Source of the DNA: the human T2T-CHM13v2.0 reference genome, Homo sapiens | Length of the DNA: 64,000 bases | Direction: 5' to 3' (one strand) | Assembly (NCBI RefSeq): GCF_009914755.1 | Contig: NC_060933.1 | Shown here: piece by piece, positions 14,051-26,670 of the stretch | Layout of the letters: each line of letters opens with the position of its first letter | How positions within the stretch are numbered: the stretch's first letter is position 1 | Position numbers and translations under genes: made by a program | Notes under the pieces: model-generated | Told to the model about the DNA's origin: nothing | Seen by the model: the letters and a program-made list of their open reading frames with translations, nothing else | Databases searched by the model: none

Positions 14051-14662
14051 TCCAAGGAGAAAGCCTTGAAGAATTCCCTTACTTACAGAGCATGAGAAAG
14101 GATCTTGAACAAAGGAGCAATGAAAAAGGTGCATGCAGATTTCTGGTATAGTTCAAGACACAGATTTTCGTAGGCTCTGATAAAATGCTCTTTCCAGACT
14201 TCTCTTCCAAATTTGTTTCTCCTTGCAAGGGGGGAGTTGTACTGCTGGAGAACTACTGGAAATTCTATGCTGTCCCAAGTTTGGCTATGATATTCCAATT
14301 TTAAACCATTTCTCTTCTTTCCCACTTAAGGTCACACCTTTTTTGGATGGGAATGTTGATTCACCATGTTTCCAGCCCTCACCTGTGTCATTCTTTCTTC
14401 CTGAAATCCCTCCTTGTTTCCTGACTTGTTTTTACTTAGTGATCAACTTTTCCTTTCTTTCATGATTTAAGAAGGTTAGACAAGAATCATCCCACTTGAC
14501 CTTTATTGCTTTCACTCTTGGTGTTCTCTTACTCAAACTTTGGTGCATGCCTTCATGGAGCCCCACCCATGGATGGCCTGTTCTCCTGTCTCCACTACAT
14601 TCAACCCTTGTCCTAAAGCCAAACACCCTGATCAACCCACAAGTCATTTTTTTCACCTTACT

Positions 14663-14880
14663 CAAGGTAGTGTGATGTAGTATAAACTACATAGAATGTG
14701 GAACAGACAGACTGAGTAAAGCCTTGACTGTACCACTTCTAGTCCCCTGACCTTGGATACGTTACTTTTCACTTCACTAAATCTTTCTTTCCTCATCTGA
14801 AAAATGGGGTCCATGATGCAAAAGCTCACAGAGCAGTAGTGATGATGGTAGGAGAAGATGGTATATAGGAATGAATACAA
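14663..14880 (+). mobile_element. MIR
   Basis: gaccttggatacgttactt...ttcctcatctgaaaaatgggg. Confidence 0.75.
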
Positions 14881-14885
14881 TTCCA

Positions 14886-15420
14886 GTATCAGTTATCTAT
14901 GACTAAATACCAAACCACTCAAACGCTTTGTGGCTTAAAACAAAACAATTTCTCACTGCCCACAAGTCTTTAGATTTTCTGGGAAGTTCTTATCTGTCCA
15001 GGCTGTGAAGACATCAGCTGTTGTCACACATGTGTTTGCAGCCTTCTGGTGGGTCAATTGGGGCTGGCTAGTCTAGGACAGCCTCATTCATTGCTTGGCA
15101 ATTGGCTGTCAACTTGGGAGATGGGTCACTTGACCAACCATGTGTCTTACATTATCTAGCTAGCCTGGGCTTGTCTTCATGGCAGCTGGCAAGGATCTAG
15201 GAGACAAAGCAAATGTATGTAAGACCTCATGGACCTACATTCAAAACTAGCACAGTCACTTCTGCCACATTCTACTGGCAAAGCAAAATCCAAGGCTAGC
15301 CCAGATTTGAGGGTTAGAGAGAAAGACTCCACTTAATGGGGGAAGCTGTTAAGTAGCATTTCAAAAGATGTGGATACAGGAATAAGTGGAGGTATTAGAA
15401 CCATTTTGTAAGCAATCTGT
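14886..15420 (-). mobile_element. MLT1 (H/I-like) LTR
   Basis: tatcagttatctat...gtggcttaaaacaa...cacttctgccacattctactggc...ggctagcccagattt...agactccactt. Confidence 0.75.
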
Positions 15421-16099
15421 GAGAGTTCTATTTTCTTTCTTCCTCTTTCAAGTCTCCTGAATGGTCTTGCCAATTGTGAGTTTCTTGAAGTCAGGGGCTA
15501 CGTTATATACATTTCTATTTTTCATATTTCCTAAGCATCCAATGAACATTACCACTATCATCACTACCATTCATTAAGTGCTGGCTATATTCAATGCTCT
15601 GTTTTAATCACTTTTTAATACATCACTTCGTCCTTATGACTATTCTTTTTGTAATTACTGCTCTTGACTATCTTCCCATTCCTATATACTTAGTAAGTTC
15701 CCAGTATAATCCTACTAAAGACACTTTTTTTCTGCCTCAAGCTATTCCATGGGGTTAACACTTGTTTTGTGGTTGCAGGAGATGGGGCCAGAAGTGAATA
15801 AGTGAGTCAATCAATCCCGTCTTTGACTTCTTCCAAAATCCACTTCTGTGTATCACCTGTCTCACCTCCAGTTCACCCTACAGACTTGTTATCCTGGATT
15901 GAATTCAGCCTCCCATGAACTCTTGTAATACTTCTCGTGCCTCACAGTACCCATATTACTCATCTTGCTCACCCACACACCTCCTACTCCCCTCCATTCA
16001 TGTCTTTGCATACAATCCTCCCAGCCCTTTGCTTATGTGAGTTTATCACAGTTATTTTTCAGAGAGAGATACCATAAACCCTATGCTTAGTCATAAAGA

Positions 16100-16315
16100 A
16101 CGATGATAACAGCAATGCCTTTCTATTGCCAAGTGCTTGTCCTGACATCTCATTTGATTTCTGGAACCACCCAGATAGATACGTGAAGCTAGTATAACAG
16201 TCCCTGTTTACAGGCAGGAAAACTGAGGCATTGAAAGGTTTAGTGCCTTGCCCAAAGTCACACAATATATTGATGTTCAAGACAAGAGGAAAACTTGGGA
16301 TTTATAATGTATAGA
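16100..16315 (-). mobile_element. MIR
   Basis: tttacaggcaggaaaactgaggcattgaaaggtttagtgccttgcccaaagtcacaca. Confidence 0.85.
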
Positions 16316-16509
16316 CCAGCAATGGTTCTACCCTCTTATCATTCAATGTGATTTATTTAGAAGTTTCTTAGTTTTCTCTAGCTTTTTTTGTCCGCTATGC
16401 AGCAATGCTAACTCAACATAAACAAAGGACATCTCGTGGACATTGATTATATGCTAAGTACAATTCCAACATGGAAGGCATGTGAAGTCTGTCCATCCAA
16501 GGAGAAACA

Positions 16510-16745
16510 CTGGTGTGTTGTATACAAAAGTTCTTTGTATTTAGGCAACCCTGGTTAAGCCTCTATCTCTTACTCATCTTGAAATCTTGGGCAAATTACA
16601 CAATATGTTTGATCCACAGTTTCCTCCTTCTTTAGAAGTGAGAATTAACCTTCACACCATAGGTTTATTAGGAAGATTAAATGAGATGAAGCAAATAAAG
16701 CTATGACACATTGGAGCCCTTCTGCAGACTATTATTACTGTTAAT
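16510..16745 (+). mobile_element. MIR
   Basis: cttgggcaaattac...cagtttcctc...gaagattaaatgagatgaa. Confidence 0.75.
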
Positions 16746-18620
16746 AAATATGAATGAGGTAAGAATGAGTCATGTTACTCAATTGCTCAACTGTTCCCTG
16801 TTCAATCTTCATCACATTTATGTCCCTGTTATTCATTCCGTGTTTGTCTGCCAAAGATATAAGCCATTTTTTTTTGTCTTACATGCCAAATTCCCTGATG
16901 ACCCTCCTAGCTCAGAGGGGTATTTTGAACCATAAGTGATAAGTGACTTATTCATTCTATTAAGCTTCTTTTTTTCCCTTAGGCAAAGGTGAAGAAGAGA
17001 TTGAGGGAACAGTAGCTTAGGAAAACATTGATATCCAAAAAAATTGGTAGAGACACAATACTGAGTTCTTGTCTCTAAACCACTACAGAACTCAACTTCT
17101 GATAGTAAATACAGCAGCCTGGATCATGATGCTAAGGGCAATAGTCTGTTCAAATCTAAAATTCTTTGAAGTCAATTTTACATGTTTTGTTGCTTTTCAA
17201 ATTTTATTTAGATGTATCAGAACTCACTAAAGTTAAAGACCAATTTAGACAAATGATAAGGATTTCCTTCCAATACCTCGATGTTGTAATAGTAAGTACT
17301 GTGTATATAAAATTTGTTTTGTGATTCTTTGTTTACAAGCAGGTTTGCATATATTTCTTTCTACTTAGTTATCTAAAGACCCATGTTAGTTAAAGTAATA
17401 TTACAGTTCATCTGTAAAATTGGAGAAGAAGAAATTGGACTCAGGATGTGAAGCAGCATGTCCAAGTTTGTGGTGTTAATGATGGGAGAGTTGGAACTTG
17501 AATACATATTCTCTAGCACCAGTGCTTTCCCACCCCAGCCTAGCGACCTTTCAAAATCAGTGGCTGTATTGGAATAGGATAAAATGGGACCAAAGATGGT
17601 CTGAGCATTGAATTTTCTTCCACACTCAGCTATACAGGAAAGTTTACAAAGCATGACTTCCTTCTTGAAGAGTGGAAAGTTGGAAAGCACTGAATGGATC
17701 CGTAAAAGACAGATCACTCTGTGAAGGAGCAAGGAAGAAACTGAATAATTCAGTGAACGTTAATGGGCTTTTCAGAACATGACAGCCGTCCGTTCCCATT
17801 CCCAAACCAGATGGTCACTGAGCCAACATTCTTCCTGTCTGATTCTTTTGGGCAGCCTGGAGACAAATAAGGAGTGCTTTCTAGTAGGTGGCGGCTCCTC
17901 GACTTGTGAGAAAGGTTGTCTTTACCCTTTCTACATGCTGACTTACACGGCTGTTGATTTGCTTGGTGCTGATTTACACAGATGTTGGTGGGGCTAAATG
18001 AGGTGGTAAGAATCTTGAGGGCTTCTCTCCTTTTGGACCTATTGTTATACACCAGGGCAGTGGAGATATACCAGGTAGAGTTTCCTGGCCACTCTATAGC
18101 TAGATCACATCTCTGATGTCATGATGTCAGTTACCATTACGGATGTTATCTTCCCATCTGTAAAACAAGAGAGCTAGGCTTCTATCTCTGAGCACTCTTT
18201 GAGTTCCAAAATGTTACAGTTCTCAATCACTTACTAAATTTTTTCGTGTCAACACTAACAGATCTATATCATTCTTTTTAATGACCACATTGAATACCAC
18301 AGTGGAAAGTCTTGTTTTGTGTTGCTGTTTTGTTTTAGTAAAAAGCCTTCAGTGATAGACATTGTTTTTTTAGTCTTTTGATATTGTATACAATTTTCTA
18401 GTGTACTTGCATATTAGTGTGTTTGTGCAAATACTTTTGAAGGTAGCTTTCTTGAAAAGGATTGGAGAGGTCAGGGCACATGCATATTTTAAAATTAAAT
18501 TGATATTGCCAAGTTCACTTCCCAAAAACTAATGCCATTAGCATTTTATTCCATTAAATCTCAAATGACTCTAAAGACTACTGTAGAAGCAGAGCCTCTA
18601 TCAGATCTTGTCCAGAATAT

Positions 18621-18621
<1 letters not shown>

Positions 18622-18660
<39 letters not shown>
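18622..18660. repeat. (GAT)13 microsatellite at a MIR tail
   Basis: Perfect trinucleotide run, followed by an antisense MIR (about 18670-18865). Confidence 0.95.
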
Positions 18661-18889
18661 AATGATGGTCATGGTCAACATTTGTAATAGTCTTACAATG
18701 TAGAAGTATTATGCTATGCATCATTCAGACCTTGTAGGTATTGCACATGAGATAAAGGAAACACAGAGAAATAAAAGTAACTTGTCCAAAAATAGATCGC
18801 TAGTAAATGGAAGAGCTATGATTTAAGCCTGTTTCTTTATGACTCTAAAGCCTACTCTACCACTGCAAGAGTACACAAGTGCTTACCAT

Positions 18890-19140
18890 ACACTAGTATT
18901 ATGAGATGTTCCGCTAGGAAAAACTGCATAGTAAATGAAAGGGTTCTGTGACCAAACAATTTTTGGAAACTTTTTATATAGCCTGTACAATTTTGGAGAT
19001 TCACAGTACTCATTAACTAAATAAATGCTCTAGGAAGGTGTTTAACCAAGCCAAATAAGCATTTTTCAAACTTACTTGATTGTAAAACCCTTACATTAAA
19101 ACATGCCTATTCTGAGGAACACAGTTTGAGAAATGTTTTC
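18890..19140. mobile_element. hAT-Charlie MITE-like fragment (MER112/113-like)
   Basis: gcatttttcaaacttacttgat...aaaccct...gaggaacacagtttgagaaatg resembles a Charlie-type terminus. Confidence 0.45.
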
Positions 19141-19239
19141 CTGCTTGTACAGTATCTCTATGATTCATCCATAGAACCTCAGGAATTTTTTAAGTTGTTT
19201 AATGTCATTTCCAAGAAAATATGGACATGGATAACATTC

Positions 19240-19775
19240 TTCCCAACAACATTTGCAGAAATGGGAGCTTACTACCTTATAGACCAGTGAATTCCATCTT
19301 GGGATTCCTCTGTTGTTAGAAAGTTGTTTCTCACAAAGTCAAGCCTACACATCTTTGTGAAATGTAATCATTGGATCTAATTCTATTCATTTGCAGTTTC
19401 ATAGAATACACTGAATCCCACTTTTCAGATTTTTGTTACCCATGATCACATCTTAGTCCATTCCTCATCATCTTATCCCTTCATAGCTCAAATTTCTTGC
19501 TTGTTCTTACCTGGCTTGTTTTTGTCATCACTTTACTGTCAACATGATTCCCTCTTTAACACACTACTCTTTGTCTGTATTGGTAGCAAAGTATAATTCC
19601 CACAACTGGATACTCCATTCTGACCGTGGGTGGCCCAGCCTGAATCAGGATAAAACCAGATTCTCTTGCTCTAAGCATTCCATTTCTATTAACATATCCT
19701 AGTTTGAAATAGTTTGGTTTTACAGCCACAGCACACTGGAAACTCCAAGTGAACGTAAAAGCAGTTCAACCTCTT
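19240..19775 (-). mobile_element. L3/CR1 LINE fragment
   Basis: atgggagcttactacctt...gttagaaagttgtttct and aactggatactcca...tttctattaac...cagccacagcacactg are CR1/L3 hallmarks. Confidence 0.65.
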
Positions 19776-20739
19776 AATATCTATTAATTTGAAAGGGAGG
19801 TGGTGTTGATTGTAGCAACTATTGAATAAAGCAGACATATAGGTGATTACAAAGTTTTGTTCAGTACAGCTCTGACCTCAAAGTAATATTTAGCTTTGTG
19901 GTCTCCTGGCTTAAAGAGTCCTCTCTGTACTCAGATAAGTTGATAAATTAAGGTAGGAGAGGTGAAGGGAAACAGTAAAAGATGAATTATAGTAACTATT
20001 TGGCAAAATTTGCAAGAAAGTTAAAAATATTGAAAGTACAGACCAAAGAAAAAGAATTACAAACCAAAGTAAGAAGAGAGCATAACTAGTATGACCTGGC
20101 ATTTTGCATGCGTCTTCTCTCTTAATTCTCATATCATGAACTATTTTTAAAGTGCAGAAACTAAGAATTTGAAAGGTTAAATGACTTGTCCATATAGCCA
20201 GCTGGTAAAATATAGAATCAAGTTTTCTGCCTAGTTATATTTGATCTTAAAGCCCTAAAATTATAGAATTACAAGACTTTCCCTCAAAACCCCTAAATGA
20301 ACCCCAGTAGTGCTGGGACAGAGCAGCAAAGTCCAGTGAGCTCCACTTCTGAGATGTGCCAAGGGTGGGTACTGGGCAAGAAACAACTTTCAAAGACCAG
20401 AAATAGTCATGGGAAATTGCCCAATTAATCAGCCTCCTTCAAGGCCTCTCAGGAAGGATCTCTTTTAGCTGCCACAATATGAATTAATTCTGAAAACCAT
20501 AAGCCTTATAGACAACATGTTGGGGTGCTTCTATTAGGCTGCCTTGGACTCCAGTGATTTGGCCTATGTATCTTTTCTCCCTTTGAAATTATCTTATTGC
20601 TTCTTGTAAGTTCCTCACATCCCAGGGATACTGCTCCGCTGATGGAGAAGGAGCTACACAGGGCTAGATGATATCATTTTCCTGTGTGGAGGTTGGGATT
20701 TGCCAAGTTATTTACCTATGAATTTGATATTATCAATAC

Positions 20740-20975
20740 CATTAATAAATACCATTATTATACATCTATTACATATCATGTACTATGTTAAATGTTTAAT
20801 ATATAGCATCTCATCCAGTTGTAGCAATCACATTTTGAAGTATTATTATTTTTTCTATTTATCAATAGGGAAGCTACAAACTTAACTTGCCCAGAGTCAC
20901 ACAGTGAATAAGGAGTGGTGCTAAAATTGGAATCCAAATTTGTCCGAACCAAAGCCTAGTTAATTCAATACATAC
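20740..20975 (-). mobile_element. MIR
   Basis: aacttgcccagagtcacacagtgaataag...aaaattggaatccaa. Confidence 0.7.
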
Positions 20976-20989
20976 CCTGAAGCATTTCA

Positions 20990-21155
20990 GATTTTGGATG
21001 TGTTGTAATCTCCTAGGTCTTAAATACACCCCAAGTCCAGATTCTGATTTAGTGAGTTTTGCGATGGACCAATCTGCATTTTGAATCTACATTTTGACAA
21101 GTACCACTGGATAATTCTGAGCATCGATTTTACAAAGAAAACTTTCTGAGACTAT
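20990..21155. mobile_element. MER5-like MITE fragment
   Basis: ccagattctgatttagt...aatctgcattttg...acaagtaccactggataattctga. Confidence 0.55.
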
Positions 21156-23616
21156 AAGAGGAGACCCCTCTAACTATGAATTGTCACCTTTCCCTTTCCC
21201 CAGAACATGAATATGATGTTCTTCTAATAAGGAAATATCTGAAAAGCATCAAGACTGAAAAAAGAAAGGCATTCCTGTCTGGAGAGAAGAAAAGTGAGTG
21301 AGGCTGGGATAATGAAAGAGGATGAAACGATCTATCCTGAAATCCTAAAACTCAGTGATTTCTAAAAGTTTAACCTACTGAGTGGGTTTTAATCACAGTG
21401 GTCTTCCCTGGCTTTATCCCACAGGCTTCCTGAATTGCTGGTGGGAGGATTTCCTGGACCAGAAGCAACACAGCAGCAAAATGGTGGGAAAGCCATGACT
21501 GGTCAGGGGCTCGATACACAAATTAAACACCTCCCCTCTCCTGCTCTTTTCCAGACTCCTGCACCCAAGAGGAGTGAACAGAACTGGGAACAAAAGTAGC
21601 CAGAGAATGAGCAGTTTCCTGTGGAATATAAAATGTATAACTTATGCATTGCCTGGAAATGCCATAAGAAATTAATATTTGTTACAGAAACAGTGGGGTT
21701 GCATTAATATTTTAATGGTGAATGAATATTTAATCCAAAACTCTGGATGGAAGGCAAACAAGACAACCGTGGCAGGAACAGTTACACTACCCGGTTAAGG
21801 ATGCTAATGACTCATTGGATTTGTCAGTGGTAATAATGCCACACAATTTATAAACTATATAGTTCCTTTAACATACTGGTAAACACTCCTCAGAATCAAA
21901 ATCAGGACAAGTTTTTTTTATTCTTTGAGACGCAGCATGATGTATTGGTTGGAGCAACTATTTGCAATCAGGGGAGCCTGGTCTTGGATACCAAGGCTTT
22001 AGTTTACTGGCTGTGCAACCATAAATAAGTTCAATCACCTCTTTGAGCATTGTCATCAAGATAAAATGAATGTCTACTTTAGAGGATTGTTGGCAGCATA
22101 CGTTATTCACTCAATGTTTCCTTTTTGTTCCTACTAATTTTTGCAATATGGTGGAAGAAAACAAAACAAAACTGTGGCTGAAATTTCTCTTAATTTAGCT
22201 CTAAGTCTACTTCTTTGAGATAGGACATAAAATTTCCATTTTTCTATTTCCCCTGAATACTTGTATGTGTCTTTCATCATTTCTCTTCAGTGGAAATTTC
22301 TGTAAATAGTTGGAGAAAACTATCTCGCTAATTAAAAACCCAGTTGTATCTATGACCACTAAAATTAAATTACAATACATTGACAATACCTGTTTTTTAA
22401 ATGCATTAAGATGTCTCCATATGGTCCCACTGTTAATGATTATGTTTACAATATAATTGCAGAAAATCAATAAGCTACTCCTGGCAGGTAATTCTACTTT
22501 GTTTCAAGGCTAGAATATGGCCTTGTAGTACATGGTCCCTCTTATCTCTCCTTTGTGGTCCTGCTGTACTTTAATAACTTCTCTATTCTGCCAGTTTGGA
22601 CTTTCTATAGTTTAGTATTAAATGCATAGGCTTTAGAGTCCAACAGCCATTAGATACACATCCTCACTGGGCTTCTTAGTAGTAGTATAGTCTTGAGCAA
22701 GGTAAACCCCATAGGCCAGGGGGTCCTAAGTTGTAACACTGAAGCAATGACACCTATCTCATCACATTATGAGCATCTATGAAATATACATATAGAATAA
22801 AATATATCATTCTAAGTTTCCAGCTTAGGAAACTGAGATTTAGGGATCAAGTAACTTACTTAAGTTGATTCAGCAAGGACTAAAACCAAGTCTTTTTGAA
22901 CTCATTTGCTGTGCACTGAATTTCTATAATACACCAAGAAGACATACTTTCTACGTGTAAAGTTACAGTCAAAAGTTAACCACAACTCAATGCCATACAA
23001 TGTATTCTGTCTAAGGGCAATAAGCCTAAATGGCTTTAGGTTGTAGTATTTAAGTGTAGTGTAGTAGTTGCTCACCTCATATGGCCCAATCCGGAAACCA
23101 ACAAATAGGCAATTCACAAGAGCTAGAAAGATTACTTTATTGCTTCTATTTGTTTTTTTAATGAATCCAGGTATTACTGAATTTATCCATCCTTTTCTCA
23201 TATTCACTATGAATAAAAAGTATTCTAATAGTTAGATGTTTCTTCCAATCTTAGATATTGTCTTCTTCTGCTATATCAATCCTAAGACTCTGAATCTCAG
23301 TTGTTCATTTCTTAAAGAGAATATGTACAGTGATGACATCAGGCCCTATTTAATTCTCACTTCTCTAAGAAATTAACTAAGTGGGACATTAAGAAAAGAA
23401 TTTTAAAGATAGTCTAGATGGAAAACCCCAATGACTCTACAAAAGTACTCCCAGACTGTAGGATACAAAGTAAAAAGAAAAGAAAATCAATAATATTTCT
23501 ACCTTCTAGAAATGAACAATTAGAAACTCAAGTTTAAAACAAAATACTACCTATCATAGTTCAAAAAAAAACCTGAAGTTTTAGGTTTAAGTCTCTGGTA
23601 TAAATCTAATGAAACA

Positions 23617-23915
23617 GATGTACACAGTGGCTCACACTTGTAATCTCAGCACTTTGGGAGGCTGAGGTGGGCAGATCACGAGGTCAGGAAATCGAGACCA
23701 CCCTGGCCAACATGGTGAAAGTCCGTCTCTACTAAAAATACAAAAATTAGCTGGGAGTGTTGGCACATGCCTGTAATCCCAGCTCCTCAGGAGGCTGAGG
23801 CAGGAGAATCGCTTGGACCAGGGAGTCAGAGTTTGCAATGAGCCGAGATCATGCCACTGTACTCCAGCCTGGCAACAGAGCAAGACTCCATTTCAAAAAA
23901 AAAAAAAAAAAAAAA
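23617..23915 (+). mobile_element. AluSc
   Basis: gatcacgaggtcagg and cctggcaacagagc diagnostics; TSD aaatctaat(g/a)aa(a/g)ca at 23602-23616 and 23916-23930. Confidence 0.93.
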
Positions 23916-24035
23916 AAATCTAATAAAGCACGCATAGGATCTTTATTAGTACCTGAAACTACACAAAATTTATGAAAAAAATGGTAAGACATACTATGTT
24001 CATGAATTGGAAATCTCAACAAAGTAAAAAGTCAG

Positions 24036-24391
24036 TGATATGGTTTGGCTCTGTGTCCCCACCCAAATATCATTTTAGAGCTCCCATAATTCCCATGTGT
24101 TGTGGCAGGAACATGGTGGAAGATAATTGAATCATGAGGGTGGGTTTTTCCCATGCTGTTCCCATGATAGTGAATAAGTCTCAGAAGATCTGATGGTTTT
24201 AAAAAACGGGAGTTTCCCTGCACAAGCTCTCTTCTCTTGTCTGCCACCATGTGAGATGTATCTTTCACTTTCTTTCATGATTGTGAGGCCTCTCCAGCCA
24301 CCTGGAACTGTAAGTCCAACAAACCTCTTTCTTTTGTAAATTGCCCAGTTTTGGATATGTCTTTATGAGCATGTGAAAACAGACTAATAAA
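24036..24391 (+). mobile_element. THE1-family solo LTR
   Basis: tgatatggtttggctctgtgtccccacccaaa...agactaataaa; 5-bp TSD gtcag/ctcag. Confidence 0.93.
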
Positions 24392-25146
24392 CTCAGTTTT
24401 CCCCATTTTGACCTATTGGTTTAATAAATTTCTTATTGAATCCCAGCAGGAATTTTTGTAGATATAGACAAATTGATTCTAAAACTTTTATGGAAAGCCA
24501 AAGTATTAGAATAGCTAAAATAATTTGGAAAAAGAATATAATTGAATAAATTATACTACCTTATTTTAAAACTTATTATATCATTACAGTAATCTATACA
24601 GTGTAGCACTGATGAAGGGATAGACACATATATTGGGAGAACAGAACAGAGAACCCAGAAAGACACACACAATATGCCCAACTTATTTTGGATAAAAGTT
24701 CACAGTGTTTCAGTAAAGAAAAGACAGCCTTTTCAACAAATTGTTTTGGAACAATTGGACGTCCATAGACCAAAAACAATGCACTTTGAACTAAATATTA
24801 CACCTGATACAAAAATTTACTCAGAATGGATTATAGAGTTAAATATAAATCTTGCAACTATAAGAACATTTATAAGAACACATAGGTGACATTGCTCGTG
24901 ACCTAGGGCAAAGTGAAGAATTCTTAGATATGACACCAAAATCATAATCCATAAAATAAAAAAAGTTAAATTAATAAGTTTTGCTCTGTTAAAGTCATTG
25001 TTAAGAGAATGAAAACACAATGATAGACTAGGAGAAAATAAGCAAATCACTTGTCTGGCAAAAGATTTGTAACCAGAACATGTAAAGACTGCTCTGAGCT
25101 CAACAGTAAGTAAACAATCACCCCTGTTATAAAAAAAATGGCACTT

Positions 25147-25499
<353 letters not shown>

Positions 25500-25597
25500 T
25501 CAACTTCATTTACCATTAGTAAAATGCAAATTAAAGCCACAATAAGATACCAGTACACACTTAATAAAATGGCTAAAACAAAAATTTTCTGGCAATA

Positions 25598-26079
25598 AGC
25601 ACTATTAACAATAGCAAACACATTGAATCATCCTAGCTGTCCACCAATGGGGGACTGGATAAAGAAAATGTGGTATACGTAAACCATGGAATACTATGCA
25701 ACTATAAAAAGAAGCAAAACCATGTCCTTTGCAGCAACATGGATACAGCTGGCGGCCATTATTGTAAGCGAATTAATGTAAGAATGGAAAAACAAAATAC
25801 CACATATTCTCACTTATAAGTGGGAACTGTACGTTGGATACTCATGGATGTAAAGATGGCAACATGCACTGGGGACCACTAGAGGATGGAAAGAGAAAAG
25901 GGAGCAAGGGTTGAAAAGCAAACTTTTAGTTACTATGCTCAATACTTGGGTAATGGGATCATTTGTGCCCCAGACCTCAACATCACACAATATACCCAGG
26001 TAACAAACCTGCACGTGTACCCCCAAATCTAAGTTAAAAGCTGAAAAAAATATTTAAAAGAAGGCAAAGATATGGGCAG
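25598..26079 (+). mobile_element. 5'-truncated L1PB-like 3' end
   Basis: ctggataaagaaaatgtggtat...ttctcacttataagtggg...aacaaacctgcacgtgtaccc; TSD aaaaattt(t)ct(g/a)gcaata at 25580-25597 and 26080-26096. Confidence 0.9.
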
Positions 26080-26307
26080 AAAAATTTCTAGCAATAGCAA
26101 GTGTTGATGCAAAGCAAATGGTTGTCTCATATATTGCTGGAAAGAATGTAAAATATTAAGTCATACTGGAAAACAGCTTAGCACTTTCTTATGAACTTGA
26201 AAATATACTTACAACGTGACCCAGCAATAGCACTTTTGGGCATTTGTCCTAGAGAAATGCCATGATGATATAACACAACAACTTGTACGTGAATGTTTAT
26301 AGCACCC

Positions 26308-26670
26308 TGTTATAGATTGAATGCTTATCACCCCCAAAATTCATTTACTGAAGTCCTAACCACTAATGTGATGGTATTAGATGGTGGGGACTTTGAGAGG
26401 TAATTAAGTCATGAAGGTAGAATCCTTGTAAATAGGATTAGTGCCCTTATGAGGGAATTATGACACCAAAGCTCTCTCTTTCTCCCTTGTGAGGGTAAAC
26501 AGAGAAGTTGGAAATCTGCAACTAGGAAGAGGACCCTCACCAGAACCCAGTCATTATGGCACACTTTCTTGAACCTTCAGTGTCCAAAACTGTGAAAAAT
26601 GTTTTTTGTTGTTGTTTTTTAAGCCACGTAGTCTTTGGTACTTTGTTATAGCAACCTGAACTGACAAACA
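26308..26670 (+). mobile_element. MLT1A-like solo LTR
   Basis: tgttatagattgaatg...ccccaaaattcat...ggattagtgcccttat...ccctcaccagaaccc...ttgttatagcaacctgaactgac. Confidence 0.85.
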
